From a virus, in the IMG/VR virus record IMGVR_UViG_3300020473_000023, positions 42,285-106,284 of that record: a DNA stretch of 64,000 nt; one strand, given 5' to 3'. This document shows positions 9,090-18,366 of this stretch, in pieces; position 1 is the stretch's first letter, and every line of letters begins with the position of its first letter. Both the position numbers and the translations under genes were made by a program. The notes beneath the pieces were generated by a model, which was not told where the DNA came from, ran no database searches, and was given only the letters and a program-made list of their open reading frames with translations.

Positions 9090-10784
9090 TCAAACTTCCG
9101 GATTACTTAAAGCTTTTTGAATGGAATTCTTAACCTTGGCTGGTTCCTCAATCCTTTGAGCGTACTGTTGAGCAAGCGCGGTAGAATTAGCTGGATCAGC
9201 CGACCAAGCTCGAGCTCTTTCTAGTGCTTGTGAGAATTGAATCGGTGTCATTCCAGCTGCAATCTTTGCCTTAGCAGATTTTGAATTTGGACTAGTCTCT
9301 CCAATTAGCATCTTTGCAAATACTTGCTTGGGGTCTTGAATTCCCATTTCTGAGAGTATGACTCCCGCCTGTACCTTCCACGCCTTTAAGAAATCATTGA
9401 CAAAGGGTTGAAAGAATATTAGTTTAAAGTAAGTCCTAAAGTGATCGCCCGACATCTCAGGAGCTATTCTTGATGACCTAACAATCTGATTGACCTGATT
9501 TCTATCAACTCCCAAACTAAAAGATCTCATTCCTCGCTTAAACGTTTGAAGAGCTCTTCCTTTAATTGTTTCCATGACGTCAGGAGGAATTGCCATACTT
9601 TCAAGATAATACTTAATCATCGGCTTAAAGGCAAACTGTCTAGCACCTGCTGCTGATGCAAACCCCTCTTCCTTTGCTATTTGCGTCCAGAGATCTGATA
9701 GATCTTTTGGTGCAGCAACGACTTCTTCTTCCTCTGCAGCATCTTGAGCTCGAAGGGCTTGAATTTCCCTTTCTGATTCTCTTCTTGCTCTAAGTTCTTC
9801 AGCTGCACCCGATTTAGATAAGATCATCTGTGCCATTTCTTGATATGCATTAATCATATTCTGGTCTGTCTCAGATTCAGATCTTCTAACTAGTTCAGCG
9901 GCAACGTCTTCTTGTGTGGCTGGCGGCGCCATCCACTCACCTGTTTGTGAGTCTTTTTCACCCTTGAGCATCCTAAGAGCTATCTGATCAACAGCTTTAT
10001 TTGCATCAAGCTGCTCTTGACTCCAGTCAGTGGGAGGGGGCTCTGACTGTACCGGTGTCACGGACTTCATAACAGCCTGTGTCACTCCGTGCCTAACCAT
10101 ATCAATTTGATCTGGTGTAAGATTGTATCTGCTAAAAATTTGAGAAACCGCAGGATCAACATCGGCAGGACCTATCTTTTGACGGAGCTGGATTTGCATC
10201 ATATCGGGTGACTGAGGCCTTTGTCCGGTTCCTCCTAGAACTTTTCCGACTGTTGTGTATCCAAAGTTTATGGATCTTAAATGGTCTAATACACCTTGAA
10301 TAGCATCTTCAACAGAGGGAGCATCATCCTGCTCTGCAAGAAGCCTACGAATTGACTCTCTTATCTGATCTTCGGCTGACTTCTTTTCAAACTTTTCTAA
10401 ATCAGGGCTATAGTCTATAAGCCTTACACCGCTGCTCCCGTCAAGATCTCCTCGAAGTCTGGCTTCCTCTCTATCTAGTGCCTTATCAAGAAGCTTATGA
10501 AGCTGCCTATAGTAGTACTCAATCTGGTGAGAAGGAACTTCTCTTGCAATAACAGAGGCTGAATTTCCAAGCTCAACTGATGAAGCGGGGATAAATTCTG
10601 GGTCTTCAACCGGTGGTTCGTCAACAGAAAGCTGAACTGCCATCTGCTCTCTTGGGACTATTGGTTCGTCTTCATCGTCTTTGGCAGGAATTTCAGAAAT
10701 ATTTGCAGTATGAAAACTTCTTTCTTCATTAACCATTGACTTAATAAAGTCTTCTAGAGCCCTTCTATCAATAATTACATTCAT
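9090..10784 (-). CDS. hypothetical protein, probable virion protein
   Basis: 564 aa; RRALEDFIKSMV and QIRESIRRLLAE motifs; ATATTTAT upstream. Confidence 0.75.
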   Translation of the reverse strand: MNVIIDRRALEDFIKSMVNEERSFHTANISEIPAKDDEDEPIVPREQMAVQLSVDEPPVEDPEFIPASSVELGNSASVIAREVPSHQIEYYYRQLHKLLDKALDREEARLRGDLDGSSGVRLIDYSPDLEKFEKKSAEDQIRESIRRLLAEQDDAPSVEDAIQGVLDHLRSINFGYTTVGKVLGGTGQRPQSPDMMQIQLRQKIGPADVDPAVSQIFSRYNLTPDQIDMVRHGVTQAVMKSVTPVQSEPPPTDWSQEQLDANKAVDQIALRMLKGEKDSQTGEWMAPPATQEDVAAELVRRSESETDQNMINAYQEMAQMILSKSGAAEELRARRESEREIQALRAQDAAEEEEVVAAPKDLSDLWTQIAKEEGFASAAGARQFAFKPMIKYYLESMAIPPDVMETIKGRALQTFKRGMRSFSLGVDRNQVNQIVRSSRIAPEMSGDHFRTYFKLIFFQPFVNDFLKAWKVQAGVILSEMGIQDPKQVFAKMLIGETSPNSKSAKAKIAAGMTPIQFSQALERARAWSADPANSTALAQQYAQRIEEPAKVKNSIQKALSNPEV

Positions 10785-10801
10785 ATTCTAACCCTCAAAG
10801 G

Positions 10802-10809
10802 ATAAATAT
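10802..10809 (-). promoter_or_regulatory. putative late promoter
   Basis: ATATTTAT upstream of 9090..10784. Confidence 0.5.
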
Positions 10810-10820
10810 GGACCAATGGT

Positions 10821-11282
10821 TTAATTTGCTGACGAAGAGATTGAATTTAAAATCCAAACTGATAGTGCAGTCATCCCTATCCCAGCTGCTGTCCCGACGC
10901 CGAACCAAACAGCGTTCTTATTTCCCGAAGCTCTCCTCAGTCTATCATATAAAAAGTTCACTTCTTCACGCTTGATATTCATGTGCATATCATATCTTTC
11001 CTGACATGCATTGGAAGAGATCTCTGACCTTTCTATTTGAAGATTTAGCTCAGCCTCCCTTAGCCCGACCTCTCTATCGATCCTTATCTGGCATGCAGCA
11101 TCTTGATTTTCTAACTGAACAAGTATGTCAGCTGCTGCCCTTGTGCTAAAAAGTGTACCATCAAAGGGTGCAACCTCACCCTCTTCAATTGACACTATGA
11201 CTGCCCCTACTTCGTCATCTGCCTGTGCGGTTGAAGAGAAGATCCCAAGTGAAAGAAGAACCATCAGAGATCTTAATAACAT
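10821..11282 (-). CDS. exported membrane protein, spanin-like candidate
   Basis: signal peptide ending AQA, coiled-coil centre, C-terminal Gly-rich hydrophobic helix. Confidence 0.55.
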   Translation of the reverse strand: MLLRSLMVLLSLGIFSSTAQADDEVGAVIVSIEEGEVAPFDGTLFSTRAAADILVQLENQDAACQIRIDREVGLREAELNLQIERSEISSNACQERYDMHMNIKREEVNFLYDRLRRASGNKNAVWFGVGTAAGIGMTALSVWILNSISSSAN

Positions 11283-11285
11283 TTT

Positions 11286-11723
11286 TTACTCCACATGAAT
11301 TTCAAATCCAGTAAGCTCAGAGAGTCTTCTCGTAATTTCATCTGGATCTTTTTTATTTTTCTTGACTAGAGACTCTATTTCCTTCTTCTTCTTTTCATCG
11401 AGTTCTTGATTTGATTTCTCATATTCCTCCTCGACTTTTTTCATAGTCTCAATCATTCTATCTTCTGCTTTCTTGAGCTCTTCTTTTTCATTTTCATGTA
11501 TATCCTGTAACGCTTTCATCTCTTGTTCATGAAGCTTTCTAGAATTTTCCAGAACCTTTGACATTGAAGATGTCTTTGCTCTCTGCGTCGCATACACAAA
11601 AATGACCAGAATGGCGCCTAGAACAAGCTCCCAATGTGCTTTAATCCATATCCAAGATTTCTTAAGATAGTATTTTAGCCTTAACCATGTCAGCATTTCT
11701 AACCATTCTTTCCATGCTTCCAT
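11286..11723 (-). CDS. N-terminal TM plus coiled-coil protein, i-spanin-like candidate
   Basis: LVLGAILVIFVYA TM followed by a long K/E heptad helix. Confidence 0.55.
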   Translation of the reverse strand: MEAWKEWLEMLTWLRLKYYLKKSWIWIKAHWELVLGAILVIFVYATQRAKTSSMSKVLENSRKLHEQEMKALQDIHENEKEELKKAEDRMIETMKKVEEEYEKSNQELDEKKKKEIESLVKKNKKDPDEITRRLSELTGFEIHVE

Positions 11724-11944
11724 GAAATCGCAGCGTCAATAACTGTTTGACCGCCAATATAGATCATTGCAATCATACCCCAAGAGTCAGCATCTAAAAA
11801 ATTATAAACAAGTAATCCTGTGGCTGCTAAAAACACAAAGAACTTTCTTGAGATTAGTCGTCCCATTATCCTATCCAGAAAGCCAAGTTTTTCACCTTCT
11901 GCTATCGCCTTAACTTCTCTCATGACAATTTCATCATCACCCAT
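11699..11944 (-). CDS. holin-like protein
   Basis: 81 aa, two TM segments (SRKFFVFLAATGLL; WGMIAMIYIGGQ), basic C-terminus. Confidence 0.6.
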   Translation of the reverse strand: MGDDEIVMREVKAIAEGEKLGFLDRIMGRLISRKFFVFLAATGLLVYNFLDADSWGMIAMIYIGGQTVIDAAISWKHGKNG

Positions 11945-11955
11945 AGTATCTCTCC

Positions 11956-12282
11956 TTAATGAAATATATCATCATCGTCAACTTTGTGAAATGAATAATC
12001 ACTTTCCATATCTTCTATGGATATTTCTGTTAGGTCTGAATTGCTAAAATTCTTTATTCTATCTACCTCTAGGGTAAGCTCTTTTTGAACTGAAGTTAAT
12101 CCGTACTGATTGACAGCGACCTGCTGAATGACTTCACTGTGGATGTCTTGAATCTTAGAAATTTTTACTATAATTTCTGAAATTGAATCTATGTGACTGG
12201 AGTCTTCAATAATCTTTGAGAACTTCTTTGGCTTCATTGAAAAAAGCTTCCATAAATTTCTTAAAAAATAAAAAAGTCTCAT
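11956..12282 (-). CDS. hypothetical protein
   Basis: 108 aa ORF in packed operon. Confidence 0.65.
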   Translation of the reverse strand: MRLFYFLRNLWKLFSMKPKKFSKIIEDSSHIDSISEIIVKISKIQDIHSEVIQQVAVNQYGLTSVQKELTLEVDRIKNFSNSDLTEISIEDMESDYSFHKVDDDDIFH

Positions 12283-12285
12283 ACA

Positions 12286-12573
12286 CTACTCCGAAGACAG
12301 AGGGTTGTCTGTCTCAATCACACTAAATATTGACTCTGCATCAGTGTCAGAAAGCCTTCCAATTGCCTTATCTCTCTTCTTTTTTTGAATTTCTTCAAGT
12401 ATGTCAATCATATCTGGATTTGCCACTGCAATTCTTTGAACTATCTCTTCAAGAACCTCTTGCATTGAAAGGCTATGCTTAAAGCATGCAATTCTAAAAT
12501 GCGAATGGGTCTCTCGCAACAGGGAAAAGTGAACTGACTTCTTTGTTTCAAAATCAATAAGCTTATCATTCAT
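12286..12573 (-). CDS. hypothetical protein, possible ribbon-helix-helix DNA-binding protein
   Basis: KSVHFSL strand followed by two helices (LSMQEVLEEIV). Confidence 0.55.
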   Translation of the reverse strand: MNDKLIDFETKKSVHFSLLRETHSHFRIACFKHSLSMQEVLEEIVQRIAVANPDMIDILEEIQKKKRDKAIGRLSDTDAESIFSVIETDNPLSSE

Positions 12574-12582
12574 CTCAAGTCA

Positions 12583-13191
12583 CTAGTCTCCGCCAGTAGC
12601 GGGCAAGCCTTCAGGGTCACCAATAGCACCGATTCCTGGCTCTCTCCCACCAGCAAGTGCAGAAGCAGGTTCTCTAATAGGGGCTATATTGAAATCAAAG
12701 TTTGTATCTAGAATATTTTTAAATTCATCTATATAACCTTGGTCATAATTTTCGTCTAAGAAGTTAATAGCTCTATTTATTATAACAGTAGGGATATCTA
12801 GTCTAGCTCGGTATCCCAAGGCTAGTTGGGCAACTTTTTTAGTAAAAGAGTCAATATTCATTGCAGGACGCTTGGCAGGCTCTACAGGAGCAGATACATC
12901 GATATCTTCGCTTCCGACGGGATCTTCAACTCCTGGGTCTTCCGGGGCTAGATTTTCATCTTGCTCAAATAGAAATGCTGATAGATTAAGATTGCTCAAT
13001 GACTCAGTGACAAGATCATCTGAGCTGACTATTGAACTAGCCTCGAAGTCAATCATGTGTGAGTCAATTTGATCGTCAACTGAATCCATAGACAGCCTGA
13101 CTTTTGTCGAAGCATCTGCCATTGAAACAGGTTGATTTTCTTCATCCTGCTCTAGGATCATCTTCCTAAGATCATTAATTGAAATTTTCAT
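12583..13191 (-). CDS. acidic hypothetical protein, probable virion protein
   Basis: MKISINDLRKMILEQ N-terminal motif. Confidence 0.7.
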   Translation of the reverse strand: MKISINDLRKMILEQDEENQPVSMADASTKVRLSMDSVDDQIDSHMIDFEASSIVSSDDLVTESLSNLNLSAFLFEQDENLAPEDPGVEDPVGSEDIDVSAPVEPAKRPAMNIDSFTKKVAQLALGYRARLDIPTVIINRAINFLDENYDQGYIDEFKNILDTNFDFNIAPIREPASALAGGREPGIGAIGDPEGLPATGGD

Positions 13192-13919
13192 GAGAACCTC
13201 AGTGCTTGTGCAATCTTTTCTGCTCTTTCAAACCTTGACTCAATTACAGGCCAGTTGAGCTGTTTCATCATTCCATAGGTATATGTCTTAGCATCCTTAA
13301 GATAATCTCTATAATATGCATGCTGCCAAACGTCCATCACTATAATCGGATATCCGCCAAATGGAACATTTAGACTGTGAAGGTCAACAATAGTATTGAC
13401 ATACCTTTGCAAGTATGTATTAAAATAGGTCACAGCCCAGCCGCAGCGAGATGCCATACAGCAAGCTATAAAATCTTTTTGCCAGGCATCGAACGTTCCA
13501 AAGTCACGCTCCAGCCTCATATATGCCAAAGAGTCCATTCCGATTTGACTGTGTAGATCGCTAATATTTGCAAAATAAAGCTCATGCAAATAAATGGCAT
13601 TCATGTTATATGTTTCATCAATCTTAAGTGCTCTGTACTGAGAATGATTTGAGCTTACCTCTTCTCTATTTGCTGAGTCCAGCTGAGCACTGATTTTATT
13701 GAAATCATCAATGTATTGCTCGTAAAGCTCAAGATGGTTTGTCTTATTTTGCTTACTTAAAAGCTCAGTGGGCAAATTAAACACCTTGTCTTGAGCGACA
13801 TATGCTTCTTTGACTAAATTATTTCCCGGAATATCAGTCTCAGCATCAGTAGTGGGTTCTTCTTTATCAATTCCCAGGGTTTCTCTTATGTTCTTAATGA
13901 TTTCTTCTTCTGTGATCAT
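13188..13919 (-). CDS. Fe/Mn superoxide dismutase with N-terminal extension
   Basis: NHLELY, NAIYLHELYF, DFGTFDAW, GWAV, DVWQHAYY; all four metal ligands present. Confidence 0.9.
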   Translation of the reverse strand: MITEEEIIKNIRETLGIDKEEPTTDAETDIPGNNLVKEAYVAQDKVFNLPTELLSKQNKTNHLELYEQYIDDFNKISAQLDSANREEVSSNHSQYRALKIDETYNMNAIYLHELYFANISDLHSQIGMDSLAYMRLERDFGTFDAWQKDFIACCMASRCGWAVTYFNTYLQRYVNTIVDLHSLNVPFGGYPIIVMDVWQHAYYRDYLKDAKTYTYGMMKQLNWPVIESRFERAEKIAQALRFS

Positions 13920-13924
13920 TGAAA

Positions 13925-14221
13925 CTACATCCTTTCATATTTAGAAATATCTGATGAAGGTATGGCATAATAGTCACCGTTTTCATCATCTTTAACTATT
14001 AAGACAGCCCCATCGGGTCGATCCAATAGCTTAACACAGGTGTAAGTATATCCTGAGTCTTTGTTTCGTATCTTAAACCCCTTGCTTATTAGGGAGGTTC
14101 TATCGTCTCCCACACCTGCAAATAGGGAAATACCATCCCCTTCGGAGATATCAGAGTCTTTCTTCTTTCTTTCAGACTCTATTATTTTTAAAATATTGCT
14201 TTTAGACAAGACAGTTGTCAC
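13925..14221 (-). CDS. hypothetical protein
   Basis: GTG start with GGAG; LSKSNILKIIESE motif. Confidence 0.7.
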   Translation of the reverse strand: MTTVLSKSNILKIIESERKKKDSDISEGDGISLFAGVGDDRTSLISKGFKIRNKDSGYTYTCVKLLDRPDGAVLIVKDDENGDYYAIPSSDISKYERM

Positions 14222-14242
14222 CTAAATTCTCCAAGATATAAA

Positions 14243-14662
14243 TTAATTATCATCCTTAGAGATAAACTTAACTACTTCTATCTCAGCATCTCTTAAGATT
14301 TCTAAAGAAGTTAAGTCCCTATAGTCTTCTGAATATACCACAGTAGAGATTCCTGAGTTGACAATTGCTTTTGCGCACATCCTGCACGGGCTTAGGGTGA
14401 CATACATAATCTTCTTTTTAGGGTTGTTATAATCCATCTTAAGAAGGGCGTTAATTTCAGCATGAATCATTCCCGACTCTCCTGGAGAAGATGACTCTAC
14501 TTCATTCGGGCCCCCCATATAGTTTCCATTATATCCGACAGCAAGAACTTGAGTATTATCATCTGTCACAACAACAGCCCCCACTTGGTGCCTTTGATCA
14601 ACCGATCTTCTTGCTATTGAATAGGAAAAATCCATCCATATCTGGTGCCACGTAGGTCTCAT
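14243..14662 (-). CDS. dCMP deaminase (ComEB-like)
   Basis: RPTW, VGAVVV, GYNG, HAEINA, SPCRMC; start re-called at MRPTW (14662). Confidence 0.92.
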   Translation of the reverse strand: MRPTWHQIWMDFSYSIARRSVDQRHQVGAVVVTDDNTQVLAVGYNGNYMGGPNEVESSSPGESGMIHAEINALLKMDYNNPKKKIMYVTLSPCRMCAKAIVNSGISTVVYSEDYRDLTSLEILRDAEIEVVKFISKDDN

Positions 14663-14675
14663 TTGTCTTCCCTCT

Positions 14676-15350
14676 CTACAGTAAGTTAGAATAAATTGTA
14701 GAATAGCTTTTATTGTATTTAAATTTTTCAAAATCCTTTTCATAAAATTTTAAAAATTCACTGAGCACATTTGGAAATCTTTCCCACGGAACTCTAATAT
14801 CTGGAACGTCCTTAAGCGACACGTTCTCCCGAGGGAGAGAAGTTGATGGAGATATTATTTTTCTTCTCTGCAACTCAGACAAAAGTTCAGGTATTTGATC
14901 TTCTATCCTATACCAGTCTGTTCCTTCTCCGATAAATTCAAATTGGCTTCTAAAGTGATTATCATCTACCCCGGGTCCATTTTTAGGAATTACATTTTTA
15001 AAAAGATCTGTTACCCAGTCAATAAATCCCAGTGGGTGGGGATATTCAATTCCAAACTCTTTTGCCTGCTGCTTTGCTTTAGAAAATATTCTATCGTATG
15101 GGTTTCTAACAATAGTAAATTCATACTCCCACGTTCTATCCCAAAGATCCCTTAGGGCTCTATGCTGATGCTTGGACCGCTTATTGTCAGATACTTGAAT
15201 CTCTCTAGACATTCTAGTCGGAAGAGGTCTATCTTTTTCAGCAATCTTCCACCCCTGGCTTTCGATCATCTTTCTAACAGAGCTTCCGCCAGCCTTTGGA
15301 ATGTGAACAAATAAAATTCTTCTTCCTTCACGTTCGTATATTGATGACAT
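14676..15350 (-). CDS. sulfotransferase family 2 protein
   Basis: FVHIPKAGGSS 5'-PSB loop, VRNPYDR 3'-PB motif, HFRSQ. Confidence 0.85.
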   Translation of the reverse strand: MSSIYEREGRRILFVHIPKAGGSSVRKMIESQGWKIAEKDRPLPTRMSREIQVSDNKRSKHQHRALRDLWDRTWEYEFTIVRNPYDRIFSKAKQQAKEFGIEYPHPLGFIDWVTDLFKNVIPKNGPGVDDNHFRSQFEFIGEGTDWYRIEDQIPELLSELQRRKIISPSTSLPRENVSLKDVPDIRVPWERFPNVLSEFLKFYEKDFEKFKYNKSYSTIYSNLL

Positions 15351-16339
15351 TATTCCTCATCTTTAGATGACTCAATTTTATCTAAGATCTCTTCAACCTT
15401 GGCAACTGCCTCCTTGTCGCTCTCTTCTGCTAGAGCACTCTGAATTTTCTTAAGCTCTTCGCGAGCAGCTGAGGTGTCAACAGGCTCCTCTTCGACAGGC
15501 TCCTCTTCGGGGTCAAAGATATCATCAACACAAAGCTCGCCGCTTATCTGAAATCCTGCAGCTTTTTTGTGACCACCGCCTCCAAAACTCTTTGCAATCT
15601 CAGAAACATCAACTGCATCATGAAAAGCCCTTAGGCTTACCTTGTTGATTCTATCCTCATGATCATAATACCATATAACAGCAAAGTCGCAATCAGGTGC
15701 AAGCCTAGCTCCGATCTCAGACATCCAGTGAGAAGAATTAACTACTATGACCTTCATTCCCTTATATTTTCTTACAACTGCCTTTTCACAAACCTTTTTA
15801 ATGACTGTTTTACTATAAGCAAGTATGTAAGATCCACGCTTAACAGCATCATCAAACACAGAATCATCTTCAAACTTCTCAAACTCTTCAAACTCGAATG
15901 GCACCATGTCAAATGCAGCACTAAACTCTTTTGAATAATCAAGCTCCCACTTCCAAAGATCTCGATCCTGAATATACTTGATAAACTTCGGCGGCTCTTT
16001 TCCTGGGTGAAACCACTCCCATGCAAGCATTGCTCCGGATTTTGTCATATCAAAATGTGTGTTCGATATATCGTGAAGCTCTACCATCGCAGACTTATGG
16101 TGATCAATGACCAGCAATGAGTTTGCTTCATCAATCATCTTCTTTGTCGTGGCATTGTCAAAGGAAAAATCTAAGATTACCACATTTTTTCCTTTGACAT
16201 CTGGTGGAGGTGTGCCATGTTTGCAAGCGTAGTATTCTGTTCTATTTCCTAAAAACTTCCAGGCTGAATAAGCCGCACCGAATCCGTCAGTACAGTTTGC
16301 ATGGTAAATTACACAATTCACACTGCTTGGTTCAATCAT
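15350..16339 (-). CDS. DHH/DHHA1 phosphoesterase (NrnB-like)
   Basis: YHANCTDG, LDFS, IDHH, SLR, GGGGHKKAAG; acidic tail. Confidence 0.9.
   Translation of the reverse strand: MIEPSSVNCVIYHANCTDGFGAAYSAWKFLGNRTEYYACKHGTPPPDVKGKNVVILDFSFDNATTKKMIDEANSLLVIDHHKSAMVELHDISNTHFDMTKSGAMLAWEWFHPGKEPPKFIKYIQDRDLWKWELDYSKEFSAAFDMVPFEFEEFEKFEDDSVFDDAVKRGSYILAYSKTVIKKVCEKAVVRKYKGMKVIVVNSSHWMSEIGARLAPDCDFAVIWYYDHEDRINKVSLRAFHDAVDVSEIAKSFGGGGHKKAAGFQISGELCVDDIFDPEEEPVEEEPVDTSAAREELKKIQSALAEESDKEAVAKVEEILDKIESSKDEE
15480..15509. repeat. 15-bp tandem duplication within the DHH gene tail
   Basis: acaggctcctcttcg x2, encoding EEEPV twice. Confidence 0.9.
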
Positions 16340-16374
16340 TTTTTACCCACCTGAAACAATAAGTTCATCAATAT

Positions 16375-16932
16375 CTATTTTGACTGATTCATAAAACTGT
16401 GATGAAACCAGGATCTTGGCTCATAGAGCTCAGAGCCACCGACAGTAATTTCATCAAGACCAGAAAGCTTTCTGTGTGTATAGTACGCATCCTGCCCGGA
16501 AATTGGACACACAGCGGGACAAACCTCAATCTTTGTTGCCCATGGCATCATGTCTCTAATTTCCTCAAAAACATTTCCACTAGCAGAAAGCTGAAGTGAA
16601 GATACTACAACAGTCTTTCCCTCTCTAAAGAGGGAGAGAAGTGCTGATGCAGAACCATCTATCATAAAAGCCTCATCTACGGCAATAACATGAATATTTT
16701 CTTTATCCTGTAGATATTTTAATATATCTTCACCAGTTTTTACACATGTGGCTGAAATCTTTCCCCCTGAATGTGTACAGATCTCACCTAAAGAATACCT
16801 GTCGTCCATTGCAGGCTTAAAGCAGACAATATTTCTATTTTGATATCTAAATCGATCTAGAGTTGCCATAAGCCTGGTCGTCTTAGATCCAAACATGGGA
16901 CCAGTAAAAATTATAAATTCAGGAATTCTCAA
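16375..16932 (-). CDS. tdk: thymidine kinase
   Basis: GPMFGSKTT P-loop, FKPAMDDRY, VDEA, VGGSELYEP. Confidence 0.9.
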   Translation of the reverse strand: MRIPEFIIFTGPMFGSKTTRLMATLDRFRYQNRNIVCFKPAMDDRYSLGEICTHSGGKISATCVKTGEDILKYLQDKENIHVIAVDEAFMIDGSASALLSLFREGKTVVVSSLQLSASGNVFEEIRDMMPWATKIEVCPAVCPISGQDAYYTHRKLSGLDEITVGGSELYEPRSWFHHSFMNQSK

Positions 16933-17350
16933 CTATAACCTCCGCAAGGTGTGCAAATGACTTATCCTCTCTTCCATAGTCGTCAATAATTCTAATTACA
17001 CTATGATTTCTAGTGTCCCCTATTTCAAATATTATTGAATCTACTTCGGCTGTTATTCTATATGGACACTCAGATTGAATATTTAAGCACTCACCTTGAG
17101 ACAGCGTCATCTTTCTCATTGGATGATTTGAAGGGTCTTCAAAAAATCCCTGATCTGCACAGTCAACAGAAACTCTCCCTTGAACGACAAATAAAGTTTC
17201 TGTCTTAACTTTATTCATTTTAAAACTTAGCCTCTTTCCAGCTTCAATGGTTAGAATTTTTCCATAAGCATTTGGTGCTGTCCATGAAACCTCTGTGCCC
17301 CACGGCTTTACGTGATTGTTGGAGACACCTCCCCATATTGCCTTACTCAT
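16919..17350 (-). CDS. cupin protein (type II mannose-6-phosphate isomerase C-terminal-like)
   Basis: KPWG...KRLS...KTETLFVVQG...IRIIDDYGR; start re-called at MSKAIW. Confidence 0.7.
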   Translation of the reverse strand: MSKAIWGGVSNNHVKPWGTEVSWTAPNAYGKILTIEAGKRLSFKMNKVKTETLFVVQGRVSVDCADQGFFEDPSNHPMRKMTLSQGECLNIQSECPYRITAEVDSIIFEIGDTRNHSVIRIIDDYGREDKSFAHLAEVIVENS

Positions 17351-18347
17351 CTTTAAGACCCCACCACTCAACTGTTCTTTCTAGTCCCTCCCAAATTCTC
17401 ACAACAGGCTCATACCCAAAATCTTCTCTAGCATTTGTAATATCTGCCTGAGTGTGCATAACGTCACCCGGCCTCCACGGTGCGTCAGTCACCTCTATAT
17501 TAGGAAATTTATCTCTGAAGAAATCTAAGATTTGATTGTTTGTTGTTCTATCTCCGCAGGCAATATTATAATACTGTCCCTCAAAATCATCATCTCGACT
17601 TGCTACTAAAATATTAGCCTGAACAACGTTGTCAATATAGCAAAGGTCCCTTGACTGTGTTCCATCTCCATCACTCCTTAGGGGAAGGCCTCTAAGGACA
17701 GCATTGCACCATGCAGAAACAGCTGTTGAATACGGAGAATCTCCATACTGCCCTGGGCCAAATACATTAAAATATCTTAGGCACACAATATCAATATTAT
17801 AAAGATTGCAAAAAACATTTGCGAGGTCTTCAATTGAAGATTTCTGCCAAGCATATGGAGATTTGGGGTCCTTTGGGTGATCTTCTGAAGTAGGCATTAA
17901 ATCTGCCCCTCCGTAAACAGAAGAGGATGATGCCCAGACAATTCTTCTAACGTTTCCAACACATGCTTCAAATAACCTGACAGTAGATCCAATATTTGTA
18001 TTTGTTGTTATAGAGGGATTTTCAACAGAAAACAAGACTCTGGGTATTGCTGCCTGATGAAATACAACATCATATTTTCTCTGAGATATTTGATAAATTA
18101 TTCCATCGGCAGCGAAGTCATCCTGAATAACCACAACAGTTTCCTGACCCCTTCCTGACTGTTTGTTAAATTCCGGGAGAAACTCTGAACTCGGAATTAC
18201 TCTAAAGCTTAGCCCTTCTAAAAGCTCTAGATGGCCGTTTGACATATCGTCTACGATGTCAACTGTCCAGCCTTGACTGACAAGCTCTTTTGTTAGATTT
18301 GATCCGATGAATCCACATCCGCCTGTAACTAGTGCTCTTTTTTCCAT
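17343..18347 (-). CDS. NAD-dependent nucleotide-sugar epimerase/dehydratase
   Basis: TGGCGFIG, SSSSVYG, YAWQK (YxxxK), RYFNVFGP, GDGTQSRD; start MEKRAL after GAGG. Confidence 0.92.
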   Translation of the reverse strand: MEKRALVTGGCGFIGSNLTKELVSQGWTVDIVDDMSNGHLELLEGLSFRVIPSSEFLPEFNKQSGRGQETVVVIQDDFAADGIIYQISQRKYDVVFHQAAIPRVLFSVENPSITTNTNIGSTVRLFEACVGNVRRIVWASSSSVYGGADLMPTSEDHPKDPKSPYAWQKSSIEDLANVFCNLYNIDIVCLRYFNVFGPGQYGDSPYSTAVSAWCNAVLRGLPLRSDGDGTQSRDLCYIDNVVQANILVASRDDDFEGQYYNIACGDRTTNNQILDFFRDKFPNIEVTDAPWRPGDVMHTQADITNAREDFGYEPVVRIWEGLERTVEWWGLKDE

Positions 18348-18366
18348 ATTTCTACCTCGGTATATC

